NCBI GenBank assembly: GCA_963667015.2
Contig: CAXXJJ010000004.1
Location: 832,001-896,000 of the forward strand
Length of the DNA: 64,000 nt
Source: Desulfatiglandales bacterium
GTDB lineage: Bacteria > Desulfobacterota > DSM-4660 > Desulfatiglandales > HGW-15
Direction: 5' to 3'
Positions 39,099-49,001 of the stretch are shown here, one piece after another; the stretch's first letter is position 1, and every line of letters begins with the position of its first letter. A program made the translations under genes and the position numbers. Under the pieces are notes generated by a model. That model was not told the origin of the DNA, did not search any database, and saw only the letters and a list, made by a program, of their open reading frames with translations.

Positions 39099-39530
39099 AT
39101 GGAGAAAAAAATCACATCTGAGCAGCTTGCGAAAGATCTTCTTAACCCTTTTAAGGATGTCCTTTTAAAGGGAGGAATAGATGATGACTACCTGATAAAG
39201 CAGCTTAAAAAGGAATTCGAGAATGAAGAGCCAAAGGTAATTAAATCAAGCGGTAAACTTGATTCTCGATCATTACCAAAAAATTACAAGGTAATAGCTA
39301 AGCCAACAAAGGATAACCCTTACGGAGATACAATAATTGAATGCAGGCTTCATAACCTTGGGATCAGTCAGAAAGCCCGGATGGATGTACACAAGCTGCG
39401 CGGGGATTATCCGGCTGAAAAGCATGAGCATACCGGTAAAGACGGCGGACCGATAGAGCATAAACATATACTGGATGAAGAGATTGAAAAGAAAATAAAT
39501 GCAATTTACGACAAGAAAACAGGCTCATGA
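39099..39530 (+). CDS. terS: Terminase small subunit
   Basis: EHTGKDGGPI motif; directly before terL. Confidence 0.75.
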   Translation: MEKKITSEQLAKDLLNPFKDVLLKGGIDDDYLIKQLKKEFENEEPKVIKSSGKLDSRSLPKNYKVIAKPTKDNPYGDTIIECRLHNLGISQKARMDVHKLRGDYPAEKHEHTGKDGGPIEHKHILDEEIEKKINAIYDKKTGS

Positions 39531-41043
39531 GTTTTATGCTGATATAATGAGCGATGCAAAAAAGAAAGAGCAGGAAAAAGCCGTTATGGCCATGCTCGGT
39601 CGTAAGGATCTTTTCTTTCTATTAATCAGGTTACTCAACAGACATGATATTGATCAGGACTGGCTGTTTGAAAGATGTAAGGAAGTTCAGATCTCACCGA
39701 ACGGGCACCTGGATCTATGGGCCCGGGAGCATTACAAATCAACTATCATCACATTCGGACTTACGATACAGGATGTTCTTAATGATCCTGAAGTAACGAT
39801 CGGAATATTCTCAATAACCAGGCCAAATGCAAAGAAGTTCCTTTGGCAGATCCGGGAAGAATTCACAAAAAATGATGTTTTAAAACATTTATATTCAGAA
39901 ATATTATGGGAAGATCCGGAAAAACAAGCTTCTAAATGGAGTCTGGATGAAGGGATAATAGTAAAAAGGAAACAAAATCCCAAAGAGGGAACCATAGAAG
40001 CTCATGGCCTCGTACGCGGCATGCCTACAGGCAGGCATTTTAAAATAAGAATCTATGATGACGTCATAGATGAAGAGAATGTCACGAATCCGGAAATGAT
40101 AAAGCTTGCTACTCAGCAATGGGAGTTATCTTTAAACCTCGGGTCCACCCAAAAAACAAAAATGTATGATGAAGTTGATATCGAAAGATATATCGGTACC
40201 CGATATCACCTTAATGATCCCTATAATGAAATAATGAAACGCGGAGCTGCTATATCGCGGATACATCCAGGCACAGATAATGGAAAAACAGACGGTAATC
40301 CGGTGTTCTGGAGTAAGGAGCTTATGGCTAAAAAACGCCGTAAGATGGGACCTTATATATTTGCATGCCAAATACTCCAGGATCCAAAGGCCGATGATAA
40401 GCAGGGATTTGATAAAGAGTGGTTAAAATACTGGGGTGTAACGAAAACGAATAATCTTAATATTTACATCGTCTGTGATCCAGCTTCGGAGAAAAAAACA
40501 TCAAGCGATTATACAGTCTTCTGGGTAATAGGCCTGGGGCCTGACGAAAATTATTATTTAATCGATGGAATACGGGACCGACTTTCATTAACAGAGAGAG
40601 CAAAAACTCTTTTCCAGTTACACCGAACATACAAACCACTTGAAGTTGGTTATGAAAAATACGGCATGCAGGCGGATACAGAACATTTTGCAGATAAAAT
40701 GGAGAGAGAAAATTATCGCTTTAACATAACAGAACTCGGAGGGAATATCCCTAAACCTGACAGGATAAAAAAGCTGGTGCCTATCTTCGAACAGGGAAGA
40801 ATGTATATACCTAGGGCATTACATAAAGCTGATTATGAAGGAAAAACCCAAAATTTAATAGATGTGTTTGTGGATGAAGAATACACCATGTTCCCTGTCG
40901 CTTCTCATGACGATATGCTGGATGCAATGGCAAGAATCCTTGACCCAAAACTTGATGCAAATTTTCCGGAAAATAATGGAAATAGAGAAGAGCAACAAAC
41001 CCACGCGGATAACGATTATAATTATTTCAGGAGTGCAGCATGA
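39499..41043 (+). CDS. terL: Terminase large subunit
   Basis: REHYKST, TGRHF..RIYDD, IGTRYH, CDPA and HDDMLDA motifs. Confidence 0.92.
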   Translation: MQFTTRKQAHEFYADIMSDAKKKEQEKAVMAMLGRKDLFFLLIRLLNRHDIDQDWLFERCKEVQISPNGHLDLWAREHYKSTIITFGLTIQDVLNDPEVTIGIFSITRPNAKKFLWQIREEFTKNDVLKHLYSEILWEDPEKQASKWSLDEGIIVKRKQNPKEGTIEAHGLVRGMPTGRHFKIRIYDDVIDEENVTNPEMIKLATQQWELSLNLGSTQKTKMYDEVDIERYIGTRYHLNDPYNEIMKRGAAISRIHPGTDNGKTDGNPVFWSKELMAKKRRKMGPYIFACQILQDPKADDKQGFDKEWLKYWGVTKTNNLNIYIVCDPASEKKTSSDYTVFWVIGLGPDENYYLIDGIRDRLSLTERAKTLFQLHRTYKPLEVGYEKYGMQADTEHFADKMERENYRFNITELGGNIPKPDRIKKLVPIFEQGRMYIPRALHKADYEGKTQNLIDVFVDEEYTMFPVASHDDMLDAMARILDPKLDANFPENNGNREEQQTHADNDYNYFRSAA

Positions 41044-41489
41044 GTAAAGATAATAAAGAAAATCCTATGTTTAAAAAACTGAATACCCTTGCAAAAACCC
41101 TCATGGATCAGGTGCCAAACGATATTAAAGCCAAGGCCGATGCTTTTTGCAAGGAAGTGGCTAAGACTGTCACATCAGAGATAGAACAGGCAGATAAGAA
41201 GGTGGAAGATGCTTTAAAAAAGGTTAAAGCTGCTGAAGACAGGATCTCAAATAATGGCAAAAAAGAGAATAAAGAAGAATTTTTCCTCTTAAAAGATGTG
41301 AGCAGTAATGAGGGTACCTGGCCCTCTCTGTTCAGGGCATCGGATGATTCAAAACCTTTGTTCTGTATCAGGTTTAAAAAGCATCCGGATCAGCCGGTTG
41401 CCTGCGGAGCACATTGTGCGGGTTTTAAGAACCTGGAAGACGGTAATGTTGAAATATGTAATGGATCTATAAGGCACATTAAGAGGTGA
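41040..41489 (+). CDS. Hypothetical protein
   Basis: ATGA-coupled ORF. Confidence 0.6.
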   Translation: MSKDNKENPMFKKLNTLAKTLMDQVPNDIKAKADAFCKEVAKTVTSEIEQADKKVEDALKKVKAAEDRISNNGKKENKEEFFLLKDVSSNEGTWPSLFRASDDSKPLFCIRFKKHPDQPVACGAHCAGFKNLEDGNVEICNGSIRHIKR

Positions 41490-41493
41490 TGAC

Positions 41494-41712
41494 ATGACAA
41501 GCCTGTTTTCAAAGCCGAAGATACCTCCAAAGGCCCCGGAAGCCCCTCCCCCTGCTTCATCAGCCGACAATATGGTTGAAGAGCTGAGGAAAAGAAAAAA
41601 GGGAGATAAAGCAAACCTGATGACAGGTGGGTTAGGTTTACAGTCAATTTCTCCATCAAATTTATATGCTCATACATTGGGCGGCGCCTCTAATCTGGGA
41701 ATAAATCAATAA
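41494..41712 (+). CDS. Small Pro-rich virion protein
   Basis: MTSLFSKPKIPP, typical of the gene preceding the portal in podoviruses. Confidence 0.65.
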   Translation: MTSLFSKPKIPPKAPEAPPPASSADNMVEELRKRKKGDKANLMTGGLGLQSISPSNLYAHTLGGASNLGINQ

Positions 41713-43380
41713 ATGAGTACAGAAGACAAAGAAATAAAAGCTCATCGCAGCCCTGAAGAATTTTTAAGGCGTAAAAAGTCCCTGGAAAAAGACAGGGGTA
41801 ATTTCCCTACCCTATGGCAGGAGTGCGCTGAGCATATTCTCCCGGATCGTGCAGACTTTCTTACAACACCTGTTACAGGTGATCGTAAGGGAGGAAACAT
41901 ATTTGATACAACGGCTATTGATTCAAATATGATCCTGGCCGCGGGCCTTCATACCCAGATGTCAAGCCCATCAATGGACTGGTTTAGTATCGGTCCGAGA
42001 CGGCAGGAATTAAAGGATGTATGGACAGTTAAAAGATGGTTCGAAATTGTCGATCAGATAATGACATCATCTTTCGCCCACAGCTCCTATTATAACGCGA
42101 TGAGCGAATTTTATCTTGATATGGGTGCGATCGGCACAGCTCCTATGTTTATTGATTGCATACTCGGTCCCTTCAGGGAGATTTTCCAGACATTTAGCTG
42201 CAGGAACGCTTTAATAGCCGAAAACCAGTTCGGAATCATAGATACAATGTACCGGCCATATGAATGGACATTAAGGCAGTGTGTGATGGAGTGGGGCGAA
42301 GAAAACCTGTCCCCTGATTACAGGAAAATGTTCAGGGATGGCAAGGAAGATGAAAAAATCCCTATATTACACGCCACAGAGCCCAGACCTAATCGAGACA
42401 GGGAATCTGCATTATCTCAACAAATGCCCTGGGCATCGGTGTATATGGAGGAAAAAACAGGGCACATCCTCGAGAACAGCGGGTACATTAATTTTCCATT
42501 CGTGGTCGGCCGGTTTTATAAGTGGGGCAACTCTCCTTATGGTCGGTGCCCGGGCATGATGGCATTACCGGATATCAGGACCGCTGACAGCCAGGATGAA
42601 ACAAACCTCAGAGCCGGGCATAAAACTGTAGAGCCCCCGCTGAATGTGCCAAAAGACATGAAGGGTAAGGTCAGAACCTCTCCCAATGCATTAAATTATA
42701 TGGGAAAGGACGGGGGAGAGCTGAAACCGGTTGATACCGGGTTAAGAGGTTTACCTTTCACCCTGGAGATGCAGAAGGAACGACAGGAAAGAATTAAGAA
42801 TAAATTTTTTACAAATATATTTCTCATGCTTCAGCAGGGAAATAACACGTATAAAAACATCCCTGAGATAATGGCCAGGGAACAGGAAAAAATGACCGTC
42901 CTGGGGCCTATGGTCGGCCGGCTAATGCATGAGGTACTTGGACCAACAATCGAAAGATGCTTTGTGTTACATCTTATTAATGGCATGTTTCCTGAGCCCC
43001 CTCCTATTTTACAGGGTGAGGAAATAGAAATTGAATATATTTCTCCGTTAGCAAGGACAATGAAGCAGCTTGAAGGTTCAAGCGTTACTCAGGCAATGAC
43101 ATTGAGCATGCCTATGTTTCAGGCAAAACCTGAAACTATGGATCTCATTAATGGTGACGAATGGATCAGGTGGGCATTCGATTTATATGGCACACCTGGA
43201 AGAATTATGAATAACCCTGAACAAGTATCAGAGATAAGAGCACAAAGAACAGAACAAATGCAGGAACAGCAAAAAACAGAGGAATTAATGACGGCCGCGC
43301 AAGGCGCAAAAACACTGGCAGAGGCTGACAGGGCATCGGGAAATAAGCTGTCAGAAGCTTTTATGGGTGAAGCAGCATGA
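41713..43380 (+). CDS. Portal (head-tail connector, T7/BPP-1-like)
   Basis: FDTTA, YGRCPGMMALPD, LGP...L..E.L.P and IEYISPLA motifs. Confidence 0.92.
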   Translation: MSTEDKEIKAHRSPEEFLRRKKSLEKDRGNFPTLWQECAEHILPDRADFLTTPVTGDRKGGNIFDTTAIDSNMILAAGLHTQMSSPSMDWFSIGPRRQELKDVWTVKRWFEIVDQIMTSSFAHSSYYNAMSEFYLDMGAIGTAPMFIDCILGPFREIFQTFSCRNALIAENQFGIIDTMYRPYEWTLRQCVMEWGEENLSPDYRKMFRDGKEDEKIPILHATEPRPNRDRESALSQQMPWASVYMEEKTGHILENSGYINFPFVVGRFYKWGNSPYGRCPGMMALPDIRTADSQDETNLRAGHKTVEPPLNVPKDMKGKVRTSPNALNYMGKDGGELKPVDTGLRGLPFTLEMQKERQERIKNKFFTNIFLMLQQGNNTYKNIPEIMAREQEKMTVLGPMVGRLMHEVLGPTIERCFVLHLINGMFPEPPPILQGEEIEIEYISPLARTMKQLEGSSVTQAMTLSMPMFQAKPETMDLINGDEWIRWAFDLYGTPGRIMNNPEQVSEIRAQRTEQMQEQQKTEELMTAAQGAKTLAEADRASGNKLSEAFMGEAA

Positions 43381-43742
43381 AAGATAATATAGAAGCAATA
43401 AAAGAATTAAAAAAGAGATGTCGTATAGTCTGGGTAAATGATCATGAGATAGTCGGTCTTTTCCTGGCCGCTGCGGTTGCCGCTGGAAGATTAACTGTTG
43501 ATAAATTTACTTTAAGGCTTCCTGTGTTAGAAAATCTTCCTCATGATATCCTTTTCGATCATGTTTTCTTTGATCCTGTCAGGTCTATGTTCGGCATTCT
43601 TATACTTCATGACACTTTTAAGATCGTTCCGGATGGAGAAATTCCCCCTCAGATGAACGGAACACTGGGAAAAAGCATTATTGTAGAAGCGGAGATTAAG
43701 GGCCGTCAGAGCCTGGACGGAAATATTATAATTACTCATTAA
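43377..43742 (+). CDS. Hypothetical protein
   Basis: Coupled ORF. Confidence 0.65.
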   Translation: MKDNIEAIKELKKRCRIVWVNDHEIVGLFLAAAVAAGRLTVDKFTLRLPVLENLPHDILFDHVFFDPVRSMFGILILHDTFKIVPDGEIPPQMNGTLGKSIIVEAEIKGRQSLDGNIIITH

Positions 43743-43754
43743 TCGGAGGGTAGT

Positions 43755-44240
43755 ATGAAAGGTGTGAAGACATTCAGGAATATTAAAAGAAATGTAACTG
43801 CAGTACAGATTACAACAGATTTTTTCTCTGAAAAGGTACCGGATGATTACAAGGATAAGATCGTTATTAATCCGGCATCCCGTCAGGTAATCGTATATGG
43901 AAAGGGTCGTGAATCTGTTACAGGTTCCTTAACTGACTGGCTCGTAATGGATGAGACAGGGCATCTCGCAATAATTCCTCATGCAAATTTCATTGACAAT
44001 TATGAGCCTGAGGACAATGAAAGCCCATGGGAAAATTCAGAGACATTGACCGGAGTAGAATTACATGAAGTTGGTGATGGGGTCGCTATAGGCGTTGATC
44101 TGGGCAGCGGAGACTCTACTGTTACGGGTACCATTAATGATACCACGGATGATACTCCTGATGATTTAAAGACAGAAGGATCAGATCCTATATCCACGGT
44201 AGGCGGAGAAGGCACAGAGAATATTGAGTCAGAAAATTGA
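43755..44240 (+). CDS. Hypothetical phage protein
   Basis: VTAVQ...DWLV...F..NYE. Confidence 0.65.
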   Translation: MKGVKTFRNIKRNVTAVQITTDFFSEKVPDDYKDKIVINPASRQVIVYGKGRESVTGSLTDWLVMDETGHLAIIPHANFIDNYEPEDNESPWENSETLTGVELHEVGDGVAIGVDLGSGDSTVTGTINDTTDDTPDDLKTEGSDPISTVGGEGTENIESEN

Positions 44241-44538
44241 TGATATAGAGCTTCGCCGGGCATACCGTCGACTATTATGCACCTCGGAAGAACCGTTTAA
44301 GGATTATGCAGTTACAGTTCTATCTGATCTACTTGACGAATGCGGGGTGTTTGATGTGGGTTTTCAACTTGGAGGACAGCCGGCTGATAACGGTTATCTT
44401 TCCGGCCGTCGCTCAATAGGAATGTTGATTTTGGATAGACTTGGCATAACAGATCTCAGGCGAATAACAGAAGCATTAAGCACTGTATTACCTGAAGATA
44501 TTGAGATTCAGGAAAAGGCAGATAATAAGGAGGAATAA
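44224..44538 (+). CDS. Bbp19-like phage protein
   Basis: VLSDL..C...GRRSIG.I; lies between portal and scaffold. Confidence 0.7.
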   Translation: MSQKIDDIELRRAYRRLLCTSEEPFKDYAVTVLSDLLDECGVFDVGFQLGGQPADNGYLSGRRSIGMLILDRLGITDLRRITEALSTVLPEDIEIQEKADNKEE

Positions 44539-45563
44539 TGAACGAACCAAGAAAGATTTACAATTCAATAACTATCGACATGAAGACCGGTGAAACTATT
44601 CATGAAGATTCTTTTATGTATTCAGGGCCTATGGCGCTTTGTGAGGGAGCCGGAGACGGCGGTGATGGAGGTGATGGAGGCACGGGAGGAGATGGCGGCG
44701 ATGGCGGAGACGGAGGGGATAAGATAATTACTCTTGGGGATATTTTCCCGGATGAAATGAAGGGCGATAATCTGCCTGGTAGTCTCAAGGACTTTGCCGG
44801 CGTACAGATCCCGGGCAAGGATGCTGACGAAGACTCTGTAAAAACGTTTCACGGGAAACTTTCTTCTCTGGCAAAATCATACGCCGATACAAAGTCCATG
44901 GTGGGCGGAATGATAAAGGTCCCTGGCAAAGATGCAAAGCCGGAGGAGATAGCGGCCTTCAGGGAAAAACTCGGGGTACCAAAGACTTTTGAAGATTATA
45001 AGATTGAGAAACCGACACTTGATGGTGACAAAGCTGTATTCTCAGACGAACTTCTTCAGGGATTCACTAAGGGAGCGCATGCAGCCGGGTACACGCCGGA
45101 ACAACTTCAGTTCGCTGTTAACTTCCAGGCTGAAATGATTAAAAATCAGATCACGGCCATGGATAAGGCAGCAACTGACGGCATAGCCGCTTTACAGAAA
45201 GAATTGGGTGATGATTATGATGGCCTTATGGAGGGCGCTGAGCTGATAGTATCAAAGTTTTTTCCTGAAGAGGCAAGGGAAAAGATAAAACAATACGGCA
45301 TTGGTAATGATCCCGATTTCACGCGGGGTATGATTGCCATATATAAGGCTACAAAAGAGGCCGGAGGACTGAAAGGTCTTAAAGAAGGTGGAACAGGTGA
45401 TGAGACTGTTCAGGCAATCCAATCAGAAATAGATACAATAATGGCCTCAAAAGAATATCAGAACAATGATAAGGCAACGCATGAGAAATTAAGAGGCTTG
45501 TTTGTTAAGAAACAGAAAGCCATGGGCACATATAGAGAAGACGTGAAGAGCAGTAAATCTTAA
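44538..45563 (+). CDS. Capsid assembly scaffolding protein
   Basis: GGD low-complexity stretch, LAKSY, KLGVP..Y and GNDP; precedes the MCP. Confidence 0.8.
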   Translation: MNEPRKIYNSITIDMKTGETIHEDSFMYSGPMALCEGAGDGGDGGDGGTGGDGGDGGDGGDKIITLGDIFPDEMKGDNLPGSLKDFAGVQIPGKDADEDSVKTFHGKLSSLAKSYADTKSMVGGMIKVPGKDAKPEEIAAFREKLGVPKTFEDYKIEKPTLDGDKAVFSDELLQGFTKGAHAAGYTPEQLQFAVNFQAEMIKNQITAMDKAATDGIAALQKELGDDYDGLMEGAELIVSKFFPEEAREKIKQYGIGNDPDFTRGMIAIYKATKEAGGLKGLKEGGTGDETVQAIQSEIDTIMASKEYQNNDKATHEKLRGLFVKKQKAMGTYREDVKSSKS

Positions 45564-45760
45564 AACTGACGGGGATTTTCCCCATTATCAGTAAAAATAT
45601 AAACCGTTAACCATTTTTTTAACCGCCTTGTGAGCAGGTTTCAGGATTACCGGAAACGGCCCTGATAAAGCTCTCGACAATCCACAGCGGCCCGTTTCGC
45701 GGATTACCGACAGGGAAAGTCGTTTACGGCGTAAACAACTTATCTGAAAGGAGTCCGAAA

Positions 45761-46582
45761 ATGGGCAACACAATTGATACCGCTTTTATCGAGCAATACG
45801 ACAGTGAAGTAAAGCTTGCTTACCAAAGAGAAGGGTCACTTATTCGCAACACAGTAAGAACCAAGAATGATGTTGCTGCGAACAAAAACTATTTCCAGAA
45901 ACTCGGAAAGGGCAATGCAACAGCCAAGGGAAGAAATGGCGATGTTGTACCGATGAACCCCGAACACTCAAGGGCTTATTTTACCCTGGCGGACAGGTAT
46001 GCGCCCGAGTACGTGGATGATCTCGATGAGTTCAAAACCAATATAGATGAGAAATCTGCATTGGTACAGACTGGCAAAAACGCTCTGGGCAGGGAAACTG
46101 ATGCTCAGCTCATTGAGCAGCTTAATACATCAACAAATTACGCGGGAGAAAACACTGACGGCCTGACAAAAACAAAGATTCAGCTGGCACTTTTCGGAGC
46201 GCTATTAGGGAACGATGTTCCTGATGACGGTTTAATAACCTGTGTTATCGGATGGAAGCAGTGGAGCCAGCTCCTGGACATCGAAGAGTTTAAAAATGCC
46301 GACTATGTTGGCGCATCTTCCCTGCCCTGGATCGGTAATCACCAGGCTAAGAGATGGCTTAATGTACTGTGGATTCCTCACAGCGGACTCACGCTGACCG
46401 GAGGGGTGCGTTTCTGCCATATGTATCACAAAACCGCAGTAGGGCATGGGTCCGGGAAAGAGGTAAAAACCGCGATCGACTGGGTACCTACAAAAGTGTC
46501 ATGGCTCGTAAACTCTTATATGAGCATGGGAGCCTGTATAATCGACAGTACGGGAGTTGTTACCCTGAGATGTAAAGAGTAA
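45761..46582 (+). CDS. Major capsid protein
   Basis: IDTAFIEQY..EV..AYQ..GS, ALGR..D and MSMGA motifs. Confidence 0.88.
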   Translation: MGNTIDTAFIEQYDSEVKLAYQREGSLIRNTVRTKNDVAANKNYFQKLGKGNATAKGRNGDVVPMNPEHSRAYFTLADRYAPEYVDDLDEFKTNIDEKSALVQTGKNALGRETDAQLIEQLNTSTNYAGENTDGLTKTKIQLALFGALLGNDVPDDGLITCVIGWKQWSQLLDIEEFKNADYVGASSLPWIGNHQAKRWLNVLWIPHSGLTLTGGVRFCHMYHKTAVGHGSGKEVKTAIDWVPTKVSWLVNSYMSMGACIIDSTGVVTLRCKE

Positions 46583-46678
46583 GCGCCAGCTGCTTAAACA
46601 ATTAACTGATGGGGCTGATTAATTTCAGCCTCATATAAAATTCAAACTCATATAAAATTTTAATAGGAGATAAATATC

Positions 46679-46930
46679 ATGGCTTTTGATCCAAAGAAAC
46701 TTTGCACAATAGGAGTCGGAGGGGATAACAGCGTTCATATGTATTCCACTCCCGATGCTGACACTGTTGTAGAAACCTCCGATTATTTTCTGGATGCTCA
46801 CAACAGACTTAAAAAAGGTGATTTTATACATGCTAATCTTGATACTGACGGAAGCCAGGAACAGAAGACTTATACTGTTCAGACTTCCTCCTCTTCAGGC
46901 GTAACTATCGGTTTTCCTACACACGCATAG
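46679..46930 (+). CDS. Small virion protein (decoration-like)
   Basis: Follows the MCP; YF...LKKGD.I. Confidence 0.65.
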   Translation: MAFDPKKLCTIGVGGDNSVHMYSTPDADTVVETSDYFLDAHNRLKKGDFIHANLDTDGSQEQKTYTVQTSSSSGVTIGFPTHA

Positions 46931-46960
46931 TTTTAAGCTCATAGGAAAGGAGACAATAAA

Positions 46961-47626
46961 TTGAAAAAAATACTATCTATAATAGCGGCATTGATAGTGC
47001 TGTTTATATCAACCGCCTCATTTGCCGCGTTCAATTCATCAGGGTTCAGGTTAATAGGGAAAAGTGAGGGTAGCGGTCAGAATCTTTACGCTTATACCTC
47101 GCCCGACCTTAAAGCAACAATATTAACAGCAGAATATTTTAATGATGTGGCGCCGTATTCCCTGAAGGAAGGGGATATAATCTTTATCACCGTGGATAAT
47201 GACGGGACCATAGACACTGTTACCGTGGCGGTGAGCGATATAACGTCGGGCGCGGTAACTGTTTCCGAGTCCTCGTCCGTGACGCCAGCTGGTAAGATTT
47301 ATTTAACAGTTAAAATGACGGATGTGTCTACTGGGGGCAGTTATTGGGTTGTATCCCCTGTCGCGGGAACCGTCACTAAAATTTACTCAGTTATAAGTGG
47401 AGCGATTACCGCCGCTGATGCCGGACTCTCTTTTGAGATAGGGGGCGCGGCGATAACCAGCGGAGGTATTACAATTGCCTATAGCGGGTCTGCTGCTGGT
47501 GTCGTTGATTCTTCTACCCCGTCAGCGGCAAACTCCGTGACCGCTGGACAGGCTATTGAGTGTATTACAGATGGTGCGAGTACGGGGACCGTTGTGGCCA
47601 CGATCACCATTGAGATAACTACATAA
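46961..47626 (+). CDS. Signal-peptide-bearing paralogue of 46679-46930 with an extra beta-rich domain
   Basis: TTG start with AGGAG RBS; MKKILSIIAALIVLFISTASFA leader. Confidence 0.7.
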   Translation: MKKILSIIAALIVLFISTASFAAFNSSGFRLIGKSEGSGQNLYAYTSPDLKATILTAEYFNDVAPYSLKEGDIIFITVDNDGTIDTVTVAVSDITSGAVTVSESSSVTPAGKIYLTVKMTDVSTGGSYWVVSPVAGTVTKIYSVISGAITAADAGLSFEIGGAAITSGGITIAYSGSAAGVVDSSTPSAANSVTAGQAIECITDGASTGTVVATITIEITT

Positions 47627-47631
47627 TCTCC

Positions 47632-47701
47632 TGATATAGCTGCTTGCCGGGGCGGCTATATCACACCAGCCGTGACCGCTGAACCTCCCAGCGGTCACGG
47701 C
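47632..47701 (+). terminator. Two consecutive hairpins after the head genes
   Basis: TGATATAGC..GCTATATCA and GCCGTGACCGCTG..CAGCGGTCACGGC. Confidence 0.55.
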
Positions 47702-47731
47702 ATCCCTTATCTGGTAAAAGGCTGGTAGGAA

Positions 47732-48490
47732 ATGGATTTAACAGAAAAGCTTATTCAATATATTTGCAATCCGGGCCTGATCGGTATCGGGGCAAGGATA
47801 ATAGAATCTGTTGATGATACCTCGAATGAAGCGGATCTGTGTAGAGCTATGTATGAAAATGTCAGGGATTCGGAGTTAAGGGAAAGAATCTGGAACTGCA
47901 CCCGCAAACAACTAACTCTTGATGTGGATAGCGAGACTCCAACCTATAAATGGGATTACAGATATTTAATTCCCTCGGACAGTCTCTATATTATTGAGCT
48001 GGAAGATGACAGGGACTTTACAATAAAATCCGGGTACATCCTCACAAATGAAATAAATTCCCTTAACCAGATAAATATAGAATATGTGCAGAAAGCTGAC
48101 CTTACATACACCGCCTGGGTGACCGGGACCGAGTACTCTGCCGGTGCCCTGGTTATAGAATCATCAATAAATTATCTATGCCTTGTCCCTCACACATCCG
48201 GCACTTTTGCCACGGATCTGACTGCTGAGTACTGGGAGATCTCAGCCGTTGACGACATTGACACGGAATTATCAAGATTTGATTCCACTTTGAAAAATGT
48301 TTTAGCCGCAAGATTGGGCGCGGTTCTATCAAAATCCCTGACCAAAAAACGATCGGAACAGGAACAGGCATGGTCATTATATGACATGATGCTTGATAAA
48401 GCGTTCCTCGCAAACGCCTATGAAGACAGGCATGAGAGAGAGAATAGGAAAGAAACAGAGAGCTCTTGGATAACTTCTAGAAGGGGGTAA
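47732..48490 (+). CDS. Tail adaptor (tail tubular protein A-like) with an inserted carbohydrate-binding-like module
   Basis: ICN..L..IGA, Y..VRD..LR..WN, Y.IPSD and FD...LAARL. Confidence 0.8.
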   Translation: MDLTEKLIQYICNPGLIGIGARIIESVDDTSNEADLCRAMYENVRDSELRERIWNCTRKQLTLDVDSETPTYKWDYRYLIPSDSLYIIELEDDRDFTIKSGYILTNEINSLNQINIEYVQKADLTYTAWVTGTEYSAGALVIESSINYLCLVPHTSGTFATDLTAEYWEISAVDDIDTELSRFDSTLKNVLAARLGAVLSKSLTKKRSEQEQAWSLYDMMLDKAFLANAYEDRHERENRKETESSWITSRRG

Positions 48491-48497
48491 TAAGTAA

Positions 48498-49001
48498 ATG
48501 GCAGTAAAAGAACTTGTAAAATCGGAAGCCGTATTATCAGCTGAGCGCACCTTTTGTGGGGCGATCCCCATTGAAGGCAAATTCAATGTTCTGGTAGCGG
48601 GGACCTTCGTCGGTACGCTCACCATTCAAAAAAAACACCCTTCAGATTCTGATATTGAGGGTGAGGCCACAGGAACGACATCTGACAAACTGGTTGATAC
48701 AGCACAGACCTTTAGCACTGATGGTGTCAGGGCCGGGGATTGGGTACACAATACTGATGATGATACCCATGCCATGATCACTGCAGTGGACTCAGAAACT
48801 CAGCTGTCAATTAACGGAAATATTATGGCGAGTGGTGAGGAATACGTGATTGAGCGCTGGTGGGATATGCCGACATCTGGTGAGATAACGGCGCCCGCTG
48901 ATAAACAGCTTGAAGAGGTTGAAGGCGGAATTAAATTCAGGATCGGGTTCAAGGACGGCGCCTTTACCTCCGGGGCCGCGATTGTAAGGGTATCCAAATA
49001 A
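48498..49001 (+). CDS. Virion protein
   Basis: GTFVGTLTIQK beta-rich ORF. Confidence 0.65.
   Translation: MAVKELVKSEAVLSAERTFCGAIPIEGKFNVLVAGTFVGTLTIQKKHPSDSDIEGEATGTTSDKLVDTAQTFSTDGVRAGDWVHNTDDDTHAMITAVDSETQLSINGNIMASGEEYVIERWWDMPTSGEITAPADKQLEEVEGGIKFRIGFKDGAFTSGAAIVRVSK

Noticed and set aside
44650..44720. GGAGACGGC-type 9-bp repeats as a DNA element
   Set aside because: They encode the GGD low-complexity linker of the scaffold protein
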